Numbered from the stretch's first letter, positions 1 to 15,544 are shown. The stretch: 64,000 nt of DNA from Picochlorum sp. SENEW3 (GCA_034226945.1 CP120466.1:1-64000); one strand, 5' to 3'. Notes: a model not told the origin generated them from the sequence alone. A program made the numbers and translations.

Positions 1-285
1 ATTGTCACAGTCGCTTGATCTGTAATTTGTTTTGCTTTTGCTTGAGCTTCTTCAAATTGTTTTGGCTTCTTTTAAACGATTTTCAGCTTCAAGAGCACGT
101 TTATCTGCTTCTTGAAAATTATTTAAAATTGTTTGTTTTCTATTAGCAAGAAGACTTTTTAAAGCATCACCGATATAAATAATAACAACAGTTAACACTA
201 CTGCTAAATTTAATACATTTGTTTCAAGAAGATTAGTATTAAAACCAAATTGTTCAGCAAATACTAATGAATTGGTGAAAAACAT
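1..285 (-). CDS. atpF: ATP synthase CF0 subunit I (b), 5' part; runs off the window start; apparent frameshift at T-run 60-63
   Basis: FGFNTNLLETNVLNLAVV motif; reading continues in another frame as QFEEAQAKAKQITDQA; follows atpH. Confidence 0.95.
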
Positions 286-341
286 GAAAAATCCCTTAAT
301 CTAGTTATATGTTTATTTGCATCTAAATATAAATACTATGT

Positions 342-380
342 ATTTAGACTTTTGACTTTAAATGAGTCAAAAGTCTAAAT
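342..380. terminator. 16-bp stem-loop between atpH and atpF
   Basis: ATTTAGACTTTTGACT / AGTCAAAAGTCTAAAT inverted repeat. Confidence 0.7.
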
Positions 381-396
381 TTTGAGGTTAAAATTA

Positions 397-684
<288 letters not shown>

Positions 685-884
685 CTAGATTTGAATATAA
701 AACCTAATTTTTATATTTTCTTTTTAGACTAGATTTATAGAAATATACCATATTTTTTTGATAAAAAATAGACTTTGATACACTCGATTTATCTAGTATA
801 TTTATTTTACTTTATAAGTAAAAAAAATGAAATTTCTATGTCTATAGAAACTTATATATAGAGTAAGAAAAGATTTTTTTTTAT

Positions 885-1604
885 TTAATGATGATCTTCA
901 ACTGCTTCACCAATATAAGCACCAGCTAGAGTTGCAAAAACTAACGCTTGAATTGCACTTGTAAATAAACCTAATAACATAATTGGAATTGGAATTACAA
1001 GCGGTACTAAAGTAATTAATACACCTACTACTAATTCATCGGCTAAGATATTACCAAAAAGTCGGAAACTTAACGATAATGGTTTTGTAAAATCTTCTAA
1101 TACATTAATTGGTAATAAAAAAGCAGCAGGTGATACATATCGTTTAAAATACCCTAAACCTTTTTTACTAATACCAGCATAAAAATATGCAATTGACGTT
1201 AGTAATGATAACGCTACTGTTGTATTAATATCATTTGTTGGTGCGGCTAATTCCCCATTTGGAAGTTCAAGAACACGCCATGGTAATAAAGCACCTGACC
1301 AATTTGAAACAAAAATGAATAAGAAGATTGTTCCTAAGAACGGTACCCATTTGATATAATCTTCTTCACCAATTTGTGTTTTTGCTAAATCACGAATATA
1401 TTCTGTGACATATTCAGTTAAATTTTGTAAACCTTCTGGAATTGATTTTAAATTTTGGTTTCCTAATAAAGAAATTAAAGCTATTACACCAAATACAAAC
1501 CAACTTGTTAATAATACTTGGCCGTGAATTTGATAGTTCCCAACTTGCCAATACCAGTGTTGACCTACAGAAACTTCGGCAATATCAAACCAGAAATTTG
1601 TCAT
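885..1604 (-). CDS. atpI: ATP synthase CF0 subunit IV (a)
   Basis: [25 protein letters not shown] motifs. Confidence 0.99.
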   Translation of the reverse strand: MTNFWFDIAEVSVGQHWYWQVGNYQIHGQVLLTSWFVFGVIALISLLGNQNLKSIPEGLQNLTEYVTEYIRDLAKTQIGEEDYIKWVPFLGTIFLFIFVSNWSGALLPWRVLELPNGELAAPTNDINTTVALSLLTSIAYFYAGISKKGLGYFKRYVSPAAFLLPINVLEDFTKPLSLSFRLFGNILADELVVGVLITLVPLVIPIPIMLLGLFTSAIQALVFATLAGAYIGEAVEDHH

Positions 1605-1678
1605 AATTATTCTTCCTTAAAATTTTTCAAGTTTTTTTTTTAGAAAACTTTAGTTATTAAATAAATCAAACGTTGAAT

Positions 1679-2409
1679 TTAATTTGTTTTACGTTTTGAT
1701 TCTTTTAATAGTTGCGTATCATTATACTTTTGCTGACCTATTTGGATTGCTGTCTCAAATGAACTTAAAATTAAACGTAATCCTGATACTGAGTCATCAT
1801 TCATTGGAACAAACCAGTCTGCCATTGTTGGATCACAATTACTATCTAATAAAGTAATTGTTGGAATTTTTAACTGACGACATTCACGTACTGCATGAAT
1901 TTCTTCAGGTTGACCAATAATAATAACCACATCTGGTCGATTTGGCATATTTTCTAAGCCACCTAAATATTTTTCTAAACGTTGTTTTTCACGTCGTTTT
2001 TTAGCAACTTCTTGTTTTTTTAATAAATTCCAGTCACCTGTTTCTTCAGCTAATCGATAGTTTTTTAACTTACGAATAGATTTTTGAATTGTTTGCCAAT
2101 TCGTTAACATTCCACCTAACCAACGTTGGTTTACGTAATAACTATTACATGCTAATGCAGACTCAGCAACTAAAGGAGCTGCTTGTTTTTTGTACCAACA
2201 AATAAAAATGTTTTCCCTTGGCTCGCACTTTTTTCAATGAAGTTTAACACTTCAGTTAATAAATAATGAGTTTGAACTAAGTCAATAATATGGCGTCCAT
2301 TACGCTCACCATAAATATATGGTGTCATTCTTGGGTTCCATTCACGTGTGAAATGTCCAAAATGCATTCCACTTTGAATCATTTCTTCTAATTTAATTTT
2401 TTGTGCCAT
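1679..2409 (-). CDS. rps2: Ribosomal protein S2; apparent frameshift at T-run 2186-2191
   Basis: GMHFGH..WNPRM N-terminus and WLGGMLTNW C-terminal part in two frames, joined by adding one A. Confidence 0.97.
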
Positions 2410-2523
2410 TATTGATATGAATAATGATTTCTTAGTAATTAGTAATTATCAATCATAAACTATTTTATAATTATCATTATAATAGGATTGAAACGGTTTT
2501 CAAGACTGTTTTATATAAAGTTT

Positions 2524-2596
2524 AGCCTGCTATCGGAGTTGAACCGATAACCTTTGGTTTACAAGACCAATACTCTGCCAATTGAGTTAAGCAGGC
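2524..2596 (-). tRNA. trnT: tRNA-Thr(UGU)
   Basis: cloverleaf; anticodon arm TTGGT-CTTGTAA-ACCAA. Confidence 0.95.
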
Positions 2597-2720
2597 TTAT
2601 TCATTTAAATGTAGTATACATTATATATTTTAATTTGTAAAATTCTCCTTTTATATAGGAAATATAGTACAGTATATCTATATATATATGATATACTATA
2701 TAGTATATAGTAGCCTATAA

Positions 2721-2858
<138 letters not shown>

Positions 2859-2934
2859 ATTGTAAATTCTATAAATTTATGTGTTTTTGGATAAAACTCG
2901 ATCCAAAAACACAATTAATAAAATTATTATCCTT

Positions 2935-3438
2935 ATGCCTAGATCTCAAAGAAATGATAATTTCATTGATAAAACGTTTACAGTTATTGCTGATATTTTA
3001 TTAAAAGTTTTACCAACCTCGAATCGTGAAAAACAAGCATTTAGTTACTATCGTGATGGGATGTCTGCTCAATCAGAAGGTGAGTATGCAGAAGCACTTC
3101 AAAATTATTATGAAGCATTACGGTTAGAAACGGATGCTTATGATCGTAGTTATATTTTATATAATATTGGATTAATCCATACTAGTAATGGTGATCATGC
3201 CCGCGCTTTAAATTATTATTTTCAAGCATTAGAACGTAATCCTTCTTTACCACAAGCTTTGAATAATATTGCAGTAATATACCATTACCGCGGTGAACAA
3301 GCATTAGATAATAATCAGCTTGAAGTATCCAAATTATTATTTGATAAAGCTGCTGATTATTGGCGTGAAGCAATTAGATTAGCTCCTACAAATTATATTG
3401 AAGCCCAAAATTGGCTTCAAATGACAGGTCGTGTTTAA
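2935..3438 (+). CDS. ycf3: PSI assembly TPR protein Ycf3, intron-free
   Basis: [15 protein letters not shown]... TPR motifs. Confidence 0.99.
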   Translation: MPRSQRNDNFIDKTFTVIADILLKVLPTSNREKQAFSYYRDGMSAQSEGEYAEALQNYYEALRLETDAYDRSYILYNIGLIHTSNGDHARALNYYFQALERNPSLPQALNNIAVIYHYRGEQALDNNQLEVSKLLFDKAADYWREAIRLAPTNYIEAQNWLQMTGRV

Positions 3439-3481
3439 GTTGTATAGTTTCAAGACTATACAACGGAAAAAAATAGTTGTT

Positions 3482-3568
3482 CGGAAAGAGAGGGATTCGA
3501 ACCCTCGGTAGTCGTGTGACTACGCCGCATTAGCAATGCGGTACCATCGGCCTCTCGGTCATCTTTCC
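3482..3568 (-). tRNA. trnS: tRNA-Ser(GCU)
   Basis: cloverleaf with long variable arm; loop TTGCTAA. Confidence 0.95.
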
Positions 3569-3664
3569 TTTTGTTTAATATTGTATACAATATTAGTCTA
3601 TTTCACAACTTTTTTGATAAAGTTTCTTTTGAAAGAAACTTTATCATATTAAAAACTCACGTGT

Positions 3665-6110
<2,446 letters not shown>

Positions 6111-6254
6111 TTATAAAAATAAGTTATATAAATAAATTATATAGTTTATTTAACTTTTTTAATCCAATTAAAAATTAATTTGTTTGTTTATGCATATTTT
6201 ATTATGCATATTTTCTGATATAGAAATCAACTTACCAGTTTTTTGTTATTTAAT

Positions 6255-6285
6255 AGTACTAAGGATACATTCTATCCTTAGTACT
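6255..6285. terminator. 13-bp stem-loop downstream of petG
   Basis: AGTACTAAGGATA / TATCCTTAGTACT. Confidence 0.65.
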
Positions 6286-6307
6286 CAATAAAAATTTTTG
6301 AGTCAAC

Positions 6308-6421
6308 TTAAATATTAAGTTGATCACCACGACGATACTGTAAATATGCAGTAACGAATAAACCTGTAATTGTTACTGGAACTAATCCTAGTACGATACC
6401 TGATAATAAAGGTTCTACCAT
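6308..6421 (-). CDS. petG: Cytochrome b6f subunit V
   Basis: manual translation [37 protein letters not shown]. Confidence 0.98.
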   Translation of the reverse strand: MVEPLLSGIVLGLVPVTITGLFVTAYLQYRRGDQLNI

Positions 6422-6429
6422 AGTACTAA

Positions 6430-6525
6430 TTAAATTAATTTAATTTTTAATAGGCCAATATAAAGAGCAAGAGTTGTAACTAATGCAGCAACTAAAAAGC
6501 CTAGATAACTTGCTACTGTAATCAT
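6430..6525 (-). CDS. petL: Cytochrome b6f subunit VI
   Basis: manual translation [31 protein letters not shown]; petA-petL-petG order. Confidence 0.95.
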   Translation of the reverse strand: MITVASYLGFLVAALVTTLALYIGLLKIKLI

Positions 6526-6557
6526 AAATAAATACTGTTTTTTTAACTCAAAACTCA

Positions 6558-7508
6558 TTAAAAGTTCATTTCTGCTAATTGAACTTTTTCAAATTGTTTT
6601 TTCTTAAGAACAAGGAATACTTGTGCTAATAAAATTGTTACAAAGAAAATTAATAAACCTTGAATACGGGCTGGATTTTGTAACACAACTTCTGTTTCAG
6701 CTTGACCAAAACCACCTACATTTGGGTTATTTGTTAAAGCTTGGTCAGCTTTGACACTATCGCCAACTTTTACTAATAATTCTGGCCCTGCTGGAATTGT
6801 TACTATTGACTCTTCATCAGTAGATGTTTTAATTTTTACATTAAAACCACCTTTACCTTCAATTGGATCAATTGATGAAATTGTACCAGCAGCAGAAGCT
6901 GTATAAACAGTATTATTACTTTTTGACCCATCTGGATATAATTGTCCACGACCACGATTACCACCTAAATATATTGGGTATTTTAAATAAGATACTGATT
7001 TATCTTTGCTTGGATCCGGTGATAAAATTGGAAATGTCATTTCACTATATTTTTTTCCAGGGACTGGTCCAACAACTAAAATATTTTTTTGTTCAGGACT
7101 GTATGGTGAAAAATATAATTTTCCAACTTTTGCTTTCATTTCATCTGATAAACGTTCAGGTGGAGCTAATTGGAACCCTTCAGGTAAAATTAATACTGCA
7201 CCAACATTTAAACCCGCTTTTTTACCATTTGAGCCAATTTGTTTGATTTGTTGATCATATGGGATTTTTACAACAGCTTCAAACACTGTATCAGGTAATA
7301 CAGATTGTGGAACTTCAATTTCAACTGGTTTTTGTGCTAAATGACAATTTGCACAAACAATTCGACCTGTCGCTTCACGTGGTTGATTATAATTTTGTTG
7401 TGCAAAAATTGGGTATGCATTTGCTGAATTTGAAATTGAAATACTAATAAAAGTAACAACTAAAAAGTTGAATACTTTTAGTACTTTGTCTTTAGTTAAA
7501 AAGTTCAT
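6558..7508 (-). CDS. petA: Apocytochrome f
   Basis: YPIFAQQ, CANCH heme motif. Confidence 0.99.
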   Translation of the reverse strand: MNFLTKDKVLKVFNFLVVTFISISISNSANAYPIFAQQNYNQPREATGRIVCANCHLAQKPVEIEVPQSVLPDTVFEAVVKIPYDQQIKQIGSNGKKAGLNVGAVLILPEGFQLAPPERLSDEMKAKVGKLYFSPYSPEQKNILVVGPVPGKKYSEMTFPILSPDPSKDKSVSYLKYPIYLGGNRGRGQLYPDGSKSNNTVYTASAAGTISSIDPIEGKGGFNVKIKTSTDEESIVTIPAGPELLVKVGDSVKADQALTNNPNVGGFGQAETEVVLQNPARIQGLLIFFVTILLAQVFLVLKKKQFEKVQLAEMNF

Positions 7509-7696
7509 ACAAATTATCTAATTTAATATCGACTTATTTTTCACCGATATATGTAAATTTTTTTCTCGAATACATATTATATATTATTATACCTTAATAA
7601 TAATTATTATTAAATGACTACAAGATTGATAAAAAAAATTTTTTATATTATACTGTATATAATAGAGAAAATTATCAATTTTTTAATGTAGTATTT

Positions 7697-8764
7697 ATGA
7701 ATACACAAGCACCAAATATTCTAGAAGAAGCTCGTCCAGTATTTCCTTTTACCGCTATTGTTGGTCAAGAAGAAATGAAATTAGCACTAATTTTAAATGT
7801 TATTGACCCTAAAATTGGTGGTGTTATGATTATGGGCGATCGTGGGACGGGTAAATCAACAACTGTTCGTGCACTTGTCGATTTATTACCTGAAATTGAA
7901 GTTGTTGCAGATGATCCATTTAATTCAGATCCAAATGATCCAGAATTAATGAGTCAAGATGTTCGTGATCGAATTAATAATAATGAAACATTGCCAACTG
8001 CAACAAAAAAAATTACAATGGTTGATCTTCCATTAGGAGCAACAGAAGATCGAGTTTGTGGAACAATTGATATTGAAAAAGCATTAACAGATGGTGTAAA
8101 ATCTTTTGAACCTGGTTTGCTAGCAAAAGCGAATCGTGGAATTTTATATGTTGATGAAGTTAACTTATTAGATGATCATTTAGTTGATGTGCTTTTAGAT
8201 TCTGCTGCATCAGGTTGGAATACTGTAGAACGTGAAGGTATTTCAATTAGCCATCCCGCAAGATTTATTTTAGTTGGATCAGGTAACCCGGAAGAAGGTG
8301 AACTTAGACCACAATTATTAGATCGATTTGGCATGCATGCTCAAATTGGCACAGTAAAAGAACCAGATTTACGTGTTCAAATTGTAGAACAACGTGCTAT
8401 TTTTGATTCATCTCCACTTGAATTTAGAAATTCATACCAAGATTCGCAACTTCAATTAGCAAATAAAATTATTGAAGCACGTAAATTATTACCAGAAATT
8501 GAATTAAATTATGACTATCGTGTAAAAATTTCTGAAATTTGTTCTGAATTAGATGTAGATGGTTTACGTGGTGATTTAGTAACGAATCGTGCTAGTAAAG
8601 CATTAGCAGCATTTGAAGGTCATACAACAGTTACACCAGAAGATATCTATCGTGTAATTCCACTTTGTTTACGTCATCGATTACGTAAAGATCCATTAGA
8701 ATCAATTGATTCTGGTGACAAAGTACGTGATATTTTTAAACGTGTTTTTGGATATGATGATTAA
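7697..8764 (+). CDS. chlI: Magnesium chelatase subunit I
   Basis: [23 protein letters not shown] Walker A. Confidence 0.99.
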   Translation: MNTQAPNILEEARPVFPFTAIVGQEEMKLALILNVIDPKIGGVMIMGDRGTGKSTTVRALVDLLPEIEVVADDPFNSDPNDPELMSQDVRDRINNNETLPTATKKITMVDLPLGATEDRVCGTIDIEKALTDGVKSFEPGLLAKANRGILYVDEVNLLDDHLVDVLLDSAASGWNTVEREGISISHPARFILVGSGNPEEGELRPQLLDRFGMHAQIGTVKEPDLRVQIVEQRAIFDSSPLEFRNSYQDSQLQLANKIIEARKLLPEIELNYDYRVKISEICSELDVDGLRGDLVTNRASKALAAFEGHTTVTPEDIYRVIPLCLRHRLRKDPLESIDSGDKVRDIFKRVFGYDD

Positions 8765-8773
8765 TTAAATTTT

Positions 8774-8803
8774 CTAAATTTAACGAGAAATCGTTAAATT
8801 TAG
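8774..8803 (+). terminator. 13-bp stem with GAAA tetraloop after chlI
   Basis: CTAAATTTAACGA-GAAA-TCGTTAAATTTAG. Confidence 0.7.
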
Positions 8804-8805
8804 TT

Positions 8806-8877
8806 GGGCCTATCGTCTAATGGATAGGACAGGAACCTTCTAAGTTTCTAATGTAGGTTCAAATCCTACTAGGCTCA
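8806..8877 (+). tRNA. trnR: tRNA-Arg(UCU)
   Basis: cloverleaf; loop CTTCTAA. Confidence 0.95.
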
Positions 8878-8885
8878 ATTTATTA

Positions 8886-8916
8886 TGTACTTTGATTTGA
8901 ATCAAATCAAAGTACA
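8886..8916. terminator. 14-bp stem-loop between convergent trnR and rpl12
   Basis: TGTACTTTGATTTG / CAAATCAAAGTACA. Confidence 0.7.
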
Positions 8917-8928
8917 AAGAATATATTT

Positions 8929-9330
8929 TTATGCAATTGATACTTTTGAACCTGTTTCTTCTAATTGTTGTTTTGCAGCTTCAGCATCTTCTTTTGAGAC
9001 ACCTTTAATAATACTATTTGGTAAAGTTGTAATTGCTTCTTTTGCTTCTTTTAAATCTAATGATGTTAAATTACGAATAATTTTTAATACGGGAACACGT
9101 TTATCACTTGGAACATCTTCTAAAACAACATCAAAAGTTGATTTTTCTTCAACTGCTGTATCACCACCAGTTGCTGCACCAGGATCACCTGCCATAGCAA
9201 CAAAACCACCACCAACTGGTGCCGATGCATCAACACCAAATGTTTCTTCAATTTGTGATACTAATTCTGCAGCTTCTAATAAAGTAATTGATTTTAATTT
9301 TTCTAAGATTTCGTTTGTTGTAGTTGACAT
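8929..9330 (-). CDS. rpl12: Ribosomal protein L12
   Basis: [35 protein letters not shown]. Confidence 0.98.
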   Translation of the reverse strand: MSTTTNEILEKLKSITLLEAAELVSQIEETFGVDASAPVGGGFVAMAGDPGAATGGDTAVEEKSTFDVVLEDVPSDKRVPVLKIIRNLTSLDLKEAKEAITTLPNSIIKGVSKEDAEAAKQQLEETGSKVSIA

Positions 9331-9387
9331 AATCAAATTTTAATTTTTTTTTAGTTAAGAAGTTTATTGAAAAATAAATAAAAAATA

Positions 9388-9798
9388 TTATCGTTTTGAA
9401 AATTGCGGTGCTTTACGAGCTTTTTTTAGACCATATTTACGACGTTCTTTCATTCGAGCATCACGTGTTAAAAACTTACGCTCTTTAAAATATGGTCGTA
9501 AATTTGGAAATAAAGTACTAAAAGCTTTACATAAAGCTAAACGAATAGCTTGAGCTTGAGCACTTAATCCACCACCTTCAACAGTAATAATGGCATCATA
9601 TTTTTTTTCAGTTACCATTTCATAAATAGTATAAATACATTGTAAATATACAGCATTTTGTTGAAAATATGTATCTGCTGATTTTCCATTAATAAGAATT
9701 GAATTACCAGAACCGGGGATTAGTTGTACTTGAGCCTGCGCATTTTTTCGACCGCCTGCTTTAATTACATTACCTGTTATATCAATTGATTGGTTCAT
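9388..9798 (-). CDS. rps9: Ribosomal protein S9
   Basis: C-terminal ERRKYGLKKARKAPQFSKR. Confidence 0.98.
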   Translation of the reverse strand: MNQSIDITGNVIKAGGRKNAQAQVQLIPGSGNSILINGKSADTYFQQNAVYLQCIYTIYEMVTEKKYDAIITVEGGGLSAQAQAIRLALCKAFSTLFPNLRPYFKERKFLTRDARMKERRKYGLKKARKAPQFSKR

Positions 9799-9823
9799 TA
9801 TATATCTATAAGATTGTCTGTTG

Positions 9824-10579
9824 TTAGTTTATTTTTGCTACATTATCAGTTACAAATGGTGTTTGAAGTTCATCCGATAAATTAGCAAATTGAAAAAATT
9901 TAGTAGTTAATCTTTTTAAGATGTACGTTAGAGTTGTATGAGGATCGATACTTCCATCTGTCCAAATTTCTAATGAAATATACTCTTGATCCGGGAAATT
10001 AGATAATTTTTGGATCGTATAATTAACTTGTTTAACTGGTTTTGGTACTGAATGAATTAGTAATTCCTTTGTTACTGCATTTAAATTTGACGATTCGAGG
10101 CGACTAGGATCTAAAAATTCAATTGTCAATTTCGCAGTAAACGTTCCTGTATTACTACATGTCGCAATGTAATGTGTGTTATTTACGGGTACGACATTTT
10201 CAGGAAAATGTATATCATTGGCAGTAATAATACCTGGTCCTGAATAATTAATATATCCTGTATATTTATGCGTTGGATAATTTGGATCAACTAATTTTGA
10301 ATTGATTGATTTTAATTTTAAATTTTTAAAATTTAATAAAACATCAAGAACATTTTCTTGAATTGCTTCAATTGAATCAAATTCATGATAAACATCTTCA
10401 ATTTCCACCTTTGTAATAAGAAGCGCTGGTATTTCAGATAAGAGAGTTCTACGTAGTGTATTTGCAAAAGTTAGACTTTGACCTCTACTAAAACTCCCAA
10501 TATGAAACCTACCATATAATTCATTATTAGATTGAACTCGAGATTCAATATATGAAATAAATTTATTATTAACAACCAT
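9824..10579 (-). CDS. rpoA: RNA polymerase alpha subunit (251 aa, no alpha-CTD)
   Basis: GQSLTFANTLRRTLLS, LEIWTDGSIDP; position after rps11. Confidence 0.95.
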   Translation of the reverse strand: MVVNNKFISYIESRVQSNNELYGRFHIGSFSRGQSLTFANTLRRTLLSEIPALLITKVEIEDVYHEFDSIEAIQENVLDVLLNFKNLKLKSINSKLVDPNYPTHKYTGYINYSGPGIITANDIHFPENVVPVNNTHYIATCSNTGTFTAKLTIEFLDPSRLESSNLNAVTKELLIHSVPKPVKQVNYTIQKLSNFPDQEYISLEIWTDGSIDPHTTLTYILKRLTTKFFQFANLSDELQTPFVTDNVAKIN

Positions 10580-10584
10580 AAAAA

Positions 10585-10977
10585 TTAAATGCGTCGTTTT
10601 TTCGGTGGACGACAGCCATTATGTGGGATGGGAGTAATATCACGAATTCGAGTAATTGATAGTCCAGCATCTAATAAACCGCGTAAAGCAGCTTCACGAC
10701 CAGCACCTGCTCCTTTTACTTGGACTACAATTTCTTTCATCCCTTGACTAACACAAGTTTGTGCAACATTTTCTGCAGCTTGCTTAGCTGCAAACGGTGT
10801 TTTTTTACGTGCACCTTTAAAGCCACAAGCACCTGCTGATGACCAAGCTAAAACATTTCCATTAACATTTGTAATTGTTACAATTGTGTTATTAAAAGTA
10901 GATTGAATATGTGCTACACCACGCCCTACTTTTTCACGAAATTTCTTTTTCGCAGTTCGTTCGATTCTTTTTGCCAT
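10585..10977 (-). CDS. rps11: Ribosomal protein S11
   Basis: [27 protein letters not shown]. Confidence 0.99.
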   Translation of the reverse strand: MAKRIERTAKKKFREKVGRGVAHIQSTFNNTIVTITNVNGNVLAWSSAGACGFKGARKKTPFAAKQAAENVAQTCVSQGMKEIVVQVKGAGAGREAALRGLLDAGLSITRIRDITPIPHNGCRPPKKRRI

Positions 10978-11009
10978 ATATATAATTATATATTTTTATA
11001 AATAAAACA

Positions 11010-11123
11010 TTAACCTTGACGTTGTTTATGTTTTGGATTCGTACAAATAATACGAATTGTACCTTTACGTTTAATTAAACGACATTTATCGCACATTCTT
11101 TTAACTGATGGACGTACTTTCAT
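11010..11123 (-). CDS. rpl36: Ribosomal protein L36
   Basis: manual translation [37 protein letters not shown]. Confidence 0.98.
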   Translation of the reverse strand: MKVRPSVKRMCDKCRLIKRKGTIRIICTNPKHKQRQG

Positions 11124-11130
11124 AGTAGTT

Positions 11131-11388
11131 TTAAGTTTCTTCTGTAATTATTTGTTCTTTGCCAGGACGCAATCTAAAAGTAATTCGACCTCGTGTTAAA
11201 TCATAAGGGCTTAATTCAACAAGAACACGGTCACCAAGTAAAATTCGAATATAATTCCGACGAATTTTACCTGATACATGTGCTAATACTAAAAAACCAT
11301 TTTCAAGTTTTACACGAAACATACCATTGGATAAACATTGCGTTACTGTTCCTTCGATTTCAATTAAATCAACATTTTTTTGATTCAA
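11131..11388 (-). CDS. infA: Translation initiation factor 1 (TTG start)
   Basis: [40 protein letters not shown] just upstream of TTG. Confidence 0.97.
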   Translation of the reverse strand: MNQKNVDLIEIEGTVTQCLSNGMFRVKLENGFLVLAHVSGKIRRNYIRILLGDRVLVELSPYDLTRGRITFRLRPGKEQIITEET

Positions 11389-11425
11389 AGGCCTCCTTAT
11401 ATAAATTTAAAAAAAATTATTTTTT

Positions 11426-11836
11426 TTACCAAACGGAACAAAGAATTTCACCGCCTAATTTTGCTTTACGGGCATCGCGATCAGTCATTAAACCTTGAGA
11501 TGTTGAGATAATAACAATGCCCATTCCGCCAAAACTTTGTGGTATATCTTTAGAATTTGTATAGATTCTAAGACCAGGTGTACTAATTCGTTTTAAATTT
11601 GTAATACATGGTTTTTTAATATTACTATTTTCGCCCGTTGAAATATACTTTAAATTTAAAATAAAATCATTTGATTCAGAAGCTTTCATTTCAATACTAT
11701 CAATAAAACCTTCTTGTTCTAATATTTTTGCAATATTAATATGAATATTTGTCTTTGGAATTGTTACACATTGTTTCGATGCTAAATTTGCATTACGAAT
11801 ACGTGTTAACATATCACTAATTGTGTCATTTACCAT
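11426..11836 (-). CDS. rps8: Ribosomal protein S8
   Basis: [22 protein letters not shown]. Confidence 0.99.
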   Translation of the reverse strand: MVNDTISDMLTRIRNANLASKQCVTIPKTNIHINIAKILEQEGFIDSIEMKASESNDFILNLKYISTGENSNIKKPCITNLKRISTPGLRIYTNSKDIPQSFGGMGIVIISTSQGLMTDRDARKAKLGGEILCSVW

Positions 11837-11848
11837 ATTGACTTGTAT

Positions 11849-12394
11849 TTATTTTTTTCTAAATGGCATACCAAATGCTGATAATAAAGCTAAACCTTCT
11901 TCATCATTTTTTGCACTAGTAATAATAGAAATGTCCATACCACGAATTTGATCAATTTTATCATAATCAATTTCTGGGAACATTAATTGTTCATCTAATC
12001 CTAAACTATAATTTCCATTTCCATCAAAACTTTTTGGATTCATTCCTTGAAAATCGCGAATACGTGGTAGTGCTAAATTAATTAAGCGATCTAAAAACGC
12101 ATACATTCGATCTTTTCGTAGTGTTACTACTAATCCAACTGGCATTTTTTGTCTTAATTTAAAACCAGCAATAGCTTTTTTTGATCGCGTTGTAATACCT
12201 TGTTGGCCAGTAATAATACTTAATTCATTTGAACACGATTCTAATAATTTAGAATTTTGTGATGCATCCCCTAAACCACGATTAATTACAATTTTTTCTA
12301 GTTTTGGAACTCGATGAGTATTGGTATACTCAAATTGTTTTTTTAATTGTGGTGTTACGGTTGTTTGATAGAACTTGTCTAATCGTTGTACCAT
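11849..12394 (-). CDS. rpl5: Ribosomal protein L5
   Basis: [23 protein letters not shown]. Confidence 0.99.
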   Translation of the reverse strand: MVQRLDKFYQTTVTPQLKKQFEYTNTHRVPKLEKIVINRGLGDASQNSKLLESCSNELSIITGQQGITTRSKKAIAGFKLRQKMPVGLVVTLRKDRMYAFLDRLINLALPRIRDFQGMNPKSFDGNGNYSLGLDEQLMFPEIDYDKIDQIRGMDISIITSAKNDEEGLALLSAFGMPFRKK

Positions 12395-12406
12395 ATTAAT
12401 TTTTTT

Positions 12407-12775
12407 TTATATAACTTCTGGAGCTAATGAAATAATTTTTGTAAAATTGCCGTCACGTAACTCACGTGCTACCGGGCCAAAAACTCGTGTTCCACGAGGA
12501 TTATTTTCTTTATTAATAATGACAGCTGCATTTTCGTCGAATCGAATACTTGTACCATTTGCTCGTCGTACATTTTTTCTTGTACGAACAATTACGGCAC
12601 GAACAATATCTGATTTTTTGATTGGCATATTAGGATTTGCTTCTTTAACAACAGCAACAATAATATCGCCAACCGTTGCTGCTCTCGCTTTTCCACTTCC
12701 TAATACTCGAATGCACATTACTTCTCTTGCTCCTGAATTATCAGCAACATTGAGATAAGATTGTGGTTGAATCAT
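12407..12775 (-). CDS. rpl14: Ribosomal protein L14
   Basis: [21 protein letters not shown]. Confidence 0.99.
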   Translation of the reverse strand: MIQPQSYLNVADNSGAREVMCIRVLGSGKARAATVGDIIVAVVKEANPNMPIKKSDIVRAVIVRTRKNVRRANGTSIRFDENAAVIINKENNPRGTRVFGPVARELRDGNFTKIISLAPEVI

Positions 12776-12806
12776 ATTGGTTTCTTTTCTAATTTAAACG
12801 ATTTGA

Positions 12807-13217
12807 TTAAATAGTACGAATAAGAATTCGCGTTTTCACTGGTAATTTAGCACCAGCTAATTTTAATGCAACACGTGCAACTGTTTCTGGTACACCTTTA
12901 ATTTCGTATAAAATTTTACCAGGTTTTACAACAGCAACCCAATATTCTGGTGTCCCTTTTCCGGAACCCATTCGAGTTTCTGCCGCTCGCATTGTTACTG
13001 GTTTATCTGGAAATAAACGTATCCAAATTTTACCGCCACGTCGAATATGTCTTGTCATTGCACGTCTAGCAGCTTCAATTTGACGTGAAGTAATCCATGA
13101 TCTTTCTAAAGTTTGTAATCCATAATCACCAAACGCTAATGTAGTACCACGTGTAGCTTTGCCACGCATACGACCACGATGATGACGTCTAAATTTTGTT
13201 CGTTTTGGGCTTAACAT
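12807..13217 (-). CDS. rpl16: Ribosomal protein L16
   Basis: [23 protein letters not shown]. Confidence 0.99.
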   Translation of the reverse strand: MLSPKRTKFRRHHRGRMRGKATRGTTLAFGDYGLQTLERSWITSRQIEAARRAMTRHIRRGGKIWIRLFPDKPVTMRAAETRMGSGKGTPEYWVAVVKPGKILYEIKGVPETVARVALKLAGAKLPVKTRILIRTI

Positions 13218-13254
13218 AATTAAATTTAATAATTAAATATTTTGATAATTGCAA

Positions 13255-13959
13255 TTATAGTTCAGTTGCTACGTTATCTAACTTTGATAATTGTTCACCA
13301 TTAAAAACCCAAATTTTAATGCCTAATAAGCCATAAATTGTTTTTGCAGATTTCGAACAATAGTCAATATTTGCACGTAAAGTTTGTAATGGTACAGCAC
13401 CATCGCGAACATCTTCAGCACGAGCAATATCAGCTCCGTTCAATCTTCCAGAAACTTGAACTTTAATTCCTTTTACACCTGCTTTTCGAGCACGTTGAAC
13501 AAGTTGTTTCATTGAACGACGATATGGTTTACGTTGTTCTAAATCTTCAACTAATCGGTCAGCTAAAACATGTGCATAAATATCAGGGTTTGCTAATGGT
13601 TTTACATATAAACTAATTTGTAATTTAGTTGGTTGTTCTAAATTTCGTTTTCGATAAAAACGTTCTAATTCAGTTGTTAATGAATCACGTAATTGATCTA
13701 AATTTTGTGTTTCACGATTTCCAAATAAATTTGGTCGTGCAGCAAAAATTTCAATAGTTAATGATGATGAACCAAAACGACGACGTCGAATTTCAATACG
13801 TGTAATTCCAGCCTTTGAATAATTTTTTGTAATGAAATTGCGTAAAAAATTAGCATCTTGAATCCAAACCGATGATAATTCACGGTTCGTACACCAATAA
13901 CTTTGATGCTTTTGTGTTATTCCAAGGCGAAAGCCTAAAGGATGTACTTTTTGTCCCAT
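13255..13959 (-). CDS. rps3: Ribosomal protein S3
   Basis: [25 protein letters not shown]. Confidence 0.99.
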   Translation of the reverse strand: MGQKVHPLGFRLGITQKHQSYWCTNRELSSVWIQDANFLRNFITKNYSKAGITRIEIRRRRFGSSSLTIEIFAARPNLFGNRETQNLDQLRDSLTTELERFYRKRNLEQPTKLQISLYVKPLANPDIYAHVLADRLVEDLEQRKPYRRSMKQLVQRARKAGVKGIKVQVSGRLNGADIARAEDVRDGAVPLQTLRANIDYCSKSAKTIYGLLGIKIWVFNGEQLSKLDNVATEL

Positions 13960-13965
13960 AATTTT

Positions 13966-14232
13966 CTATCGTTTTCTTTTTAATATGACCTTTAAATGTA
14001 CGAGTTGGTGAAAATTCACCTAATTTATGCCCTACCATTTGATCAGTAATAAATACTGGAATATGTGTACGTCCATTATGTACCGCAATTGTATGTCCAA
14101 TCATAACTGGAACAATTGTTGAGGAACGTGACCATGTTGTAATTACTTTTTTATCACCTTGAACATTTGCGCGTTCAATTTTTTAAGTAAATGATCAGCC
14201 ACAAATGGTGCCTTTTTTAATGATCTTCCCAT
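13966..14232 (-). CDS. rps19: Ribosomal protein S19; apparent frameshifts near 14180 and near the stop
   Basis: [16 protein letters not shown] then, in another frame, [22 protein letters not shown]...[11 protein letters not shown]; exact 3' end uncertain. Confidence 0.93.
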
Positions 14233-14267
14233 AATAATAAATTTTTAGTAGTTATATCGAACTATAT

Positions 14268-15094
14268 TTATTTACGTTTTTGTACAATATATTTTGTACT
14301 CCATTTTTTGGTTTACGAGTCTTTGCTCCTAATGCTGGTTTACCCCATGGACTTACTGGACGTGAACGACCAATTGGAGCACGACCTTCACCACCACCAT
14401 GTGGGTGATCAACTGGGTTCATTGCTGATCCACGTACATGTGGTCTATATCCTAACCAACGACGGCGGCCAGCTTTACCTAATGTTAAATTAGAAAAATC
14501 GATATTTCCGACACGCCCAATTGTTGCCCAGCAATTTTCGGAAATTAACCTAACTTCACCAGATGGTAAACGTAAAGTAACCCAACTATTTTCTTTTGCA
14601 ACAACTTGTGCAACTGTTCCTGCTGCACGTACTAATTGTCCTCCCCCACCAGGTTGTAATTCAATATTATGAACATCTGTTCCTAATGGAATATTTTTTA
14701 ATGGTAAACAATTACCAATTGTAATAGTAGCATCTGGTGATGCAGTAATTGTATCGCCAATATTTAATCCAATTGGATGTAAAATATAACGTTTTTCTCC
14801 ATCTGGATAATGTAATAATGCAATACGAGCATTACGGTTTGGATCGTATTCAATACTAACGACTTTTGCATTCACACCTACTTTAGTTCTTGCAAAATCG
14901 ATTTTTCGATATAGCCTTTTATGGCCACCACCACGGTGTCGAGTTGTAATAATACCTCTATTATTTCGTCCTTTTGAACGAGACCACCAAGATGTTAATT
15001 TTTTCTCTGGTCGTTTTTTTGATATTTGAGAAAAATCACTGACAGAACCATGTCGTGTTCCTGGTGTTGCAGCTTTTAAAAATCTAATTGCCAT
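14268..15094 (-). CDS. rpl2: Ribosomal protein L2; apparent frameshift at T-run near 14304-14309
   Basis: [17 protein letters not shown]; adding one A restores the C-terminus [15 protein letters not shown]. Confidence 0.97.
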
Positions 15095-15109
15095 AATATA
15101 TAATAAAAA

Positions 15110-15370
15110 TTATTTTAATAAGCTATCATTTGCATCAACAGTTATAATTACACGTTTATAATTTGATTTAGCCCCCATTCGTTTAAATTTACGTGGAGGT
15201 CGATGTGTATTAACTGCCAGTACTTTAACATCAAAAAAATCTTCAATTAATTTTTTAATTTGTGGTTTTGTAAGACGCATATCTACATCAAAGCTAAATT
15301 GGTTATTTTCAATTAAACGTGTAGATTTTTCAGTGCGAATTACTGGATATTTCACCAAGTCTAGCATCAT
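15110..15370 (-). CDS. rpl23: Ribosomal protein L23
   Basis: [31 protein letters not shown]. Confidence 0.96.
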   Translation of the reverse strand: MMLDLVKYPVIRTEKSTRLIENNQFSFDVDMRLTKPQIKKLIEDFFDVKVLAVNTHRPPRKFKRMGAKSNYKRVIITVDANDSLLK

Positions 15371-15544
15371 AAAATATAAATGTATTTGAATATTTAATTT
15401 ATTTATTTAAATTTAATAAATAAATTTATTTAGAATCATCATTATAAATATAAACATAAGTTGTATAAATTTAATAGTTCGTAATTATAATTTAAAGTTT
15501 AAAATGATTTCCCAAATTCGAACAAAACTGTATTTTTGTTCGAA

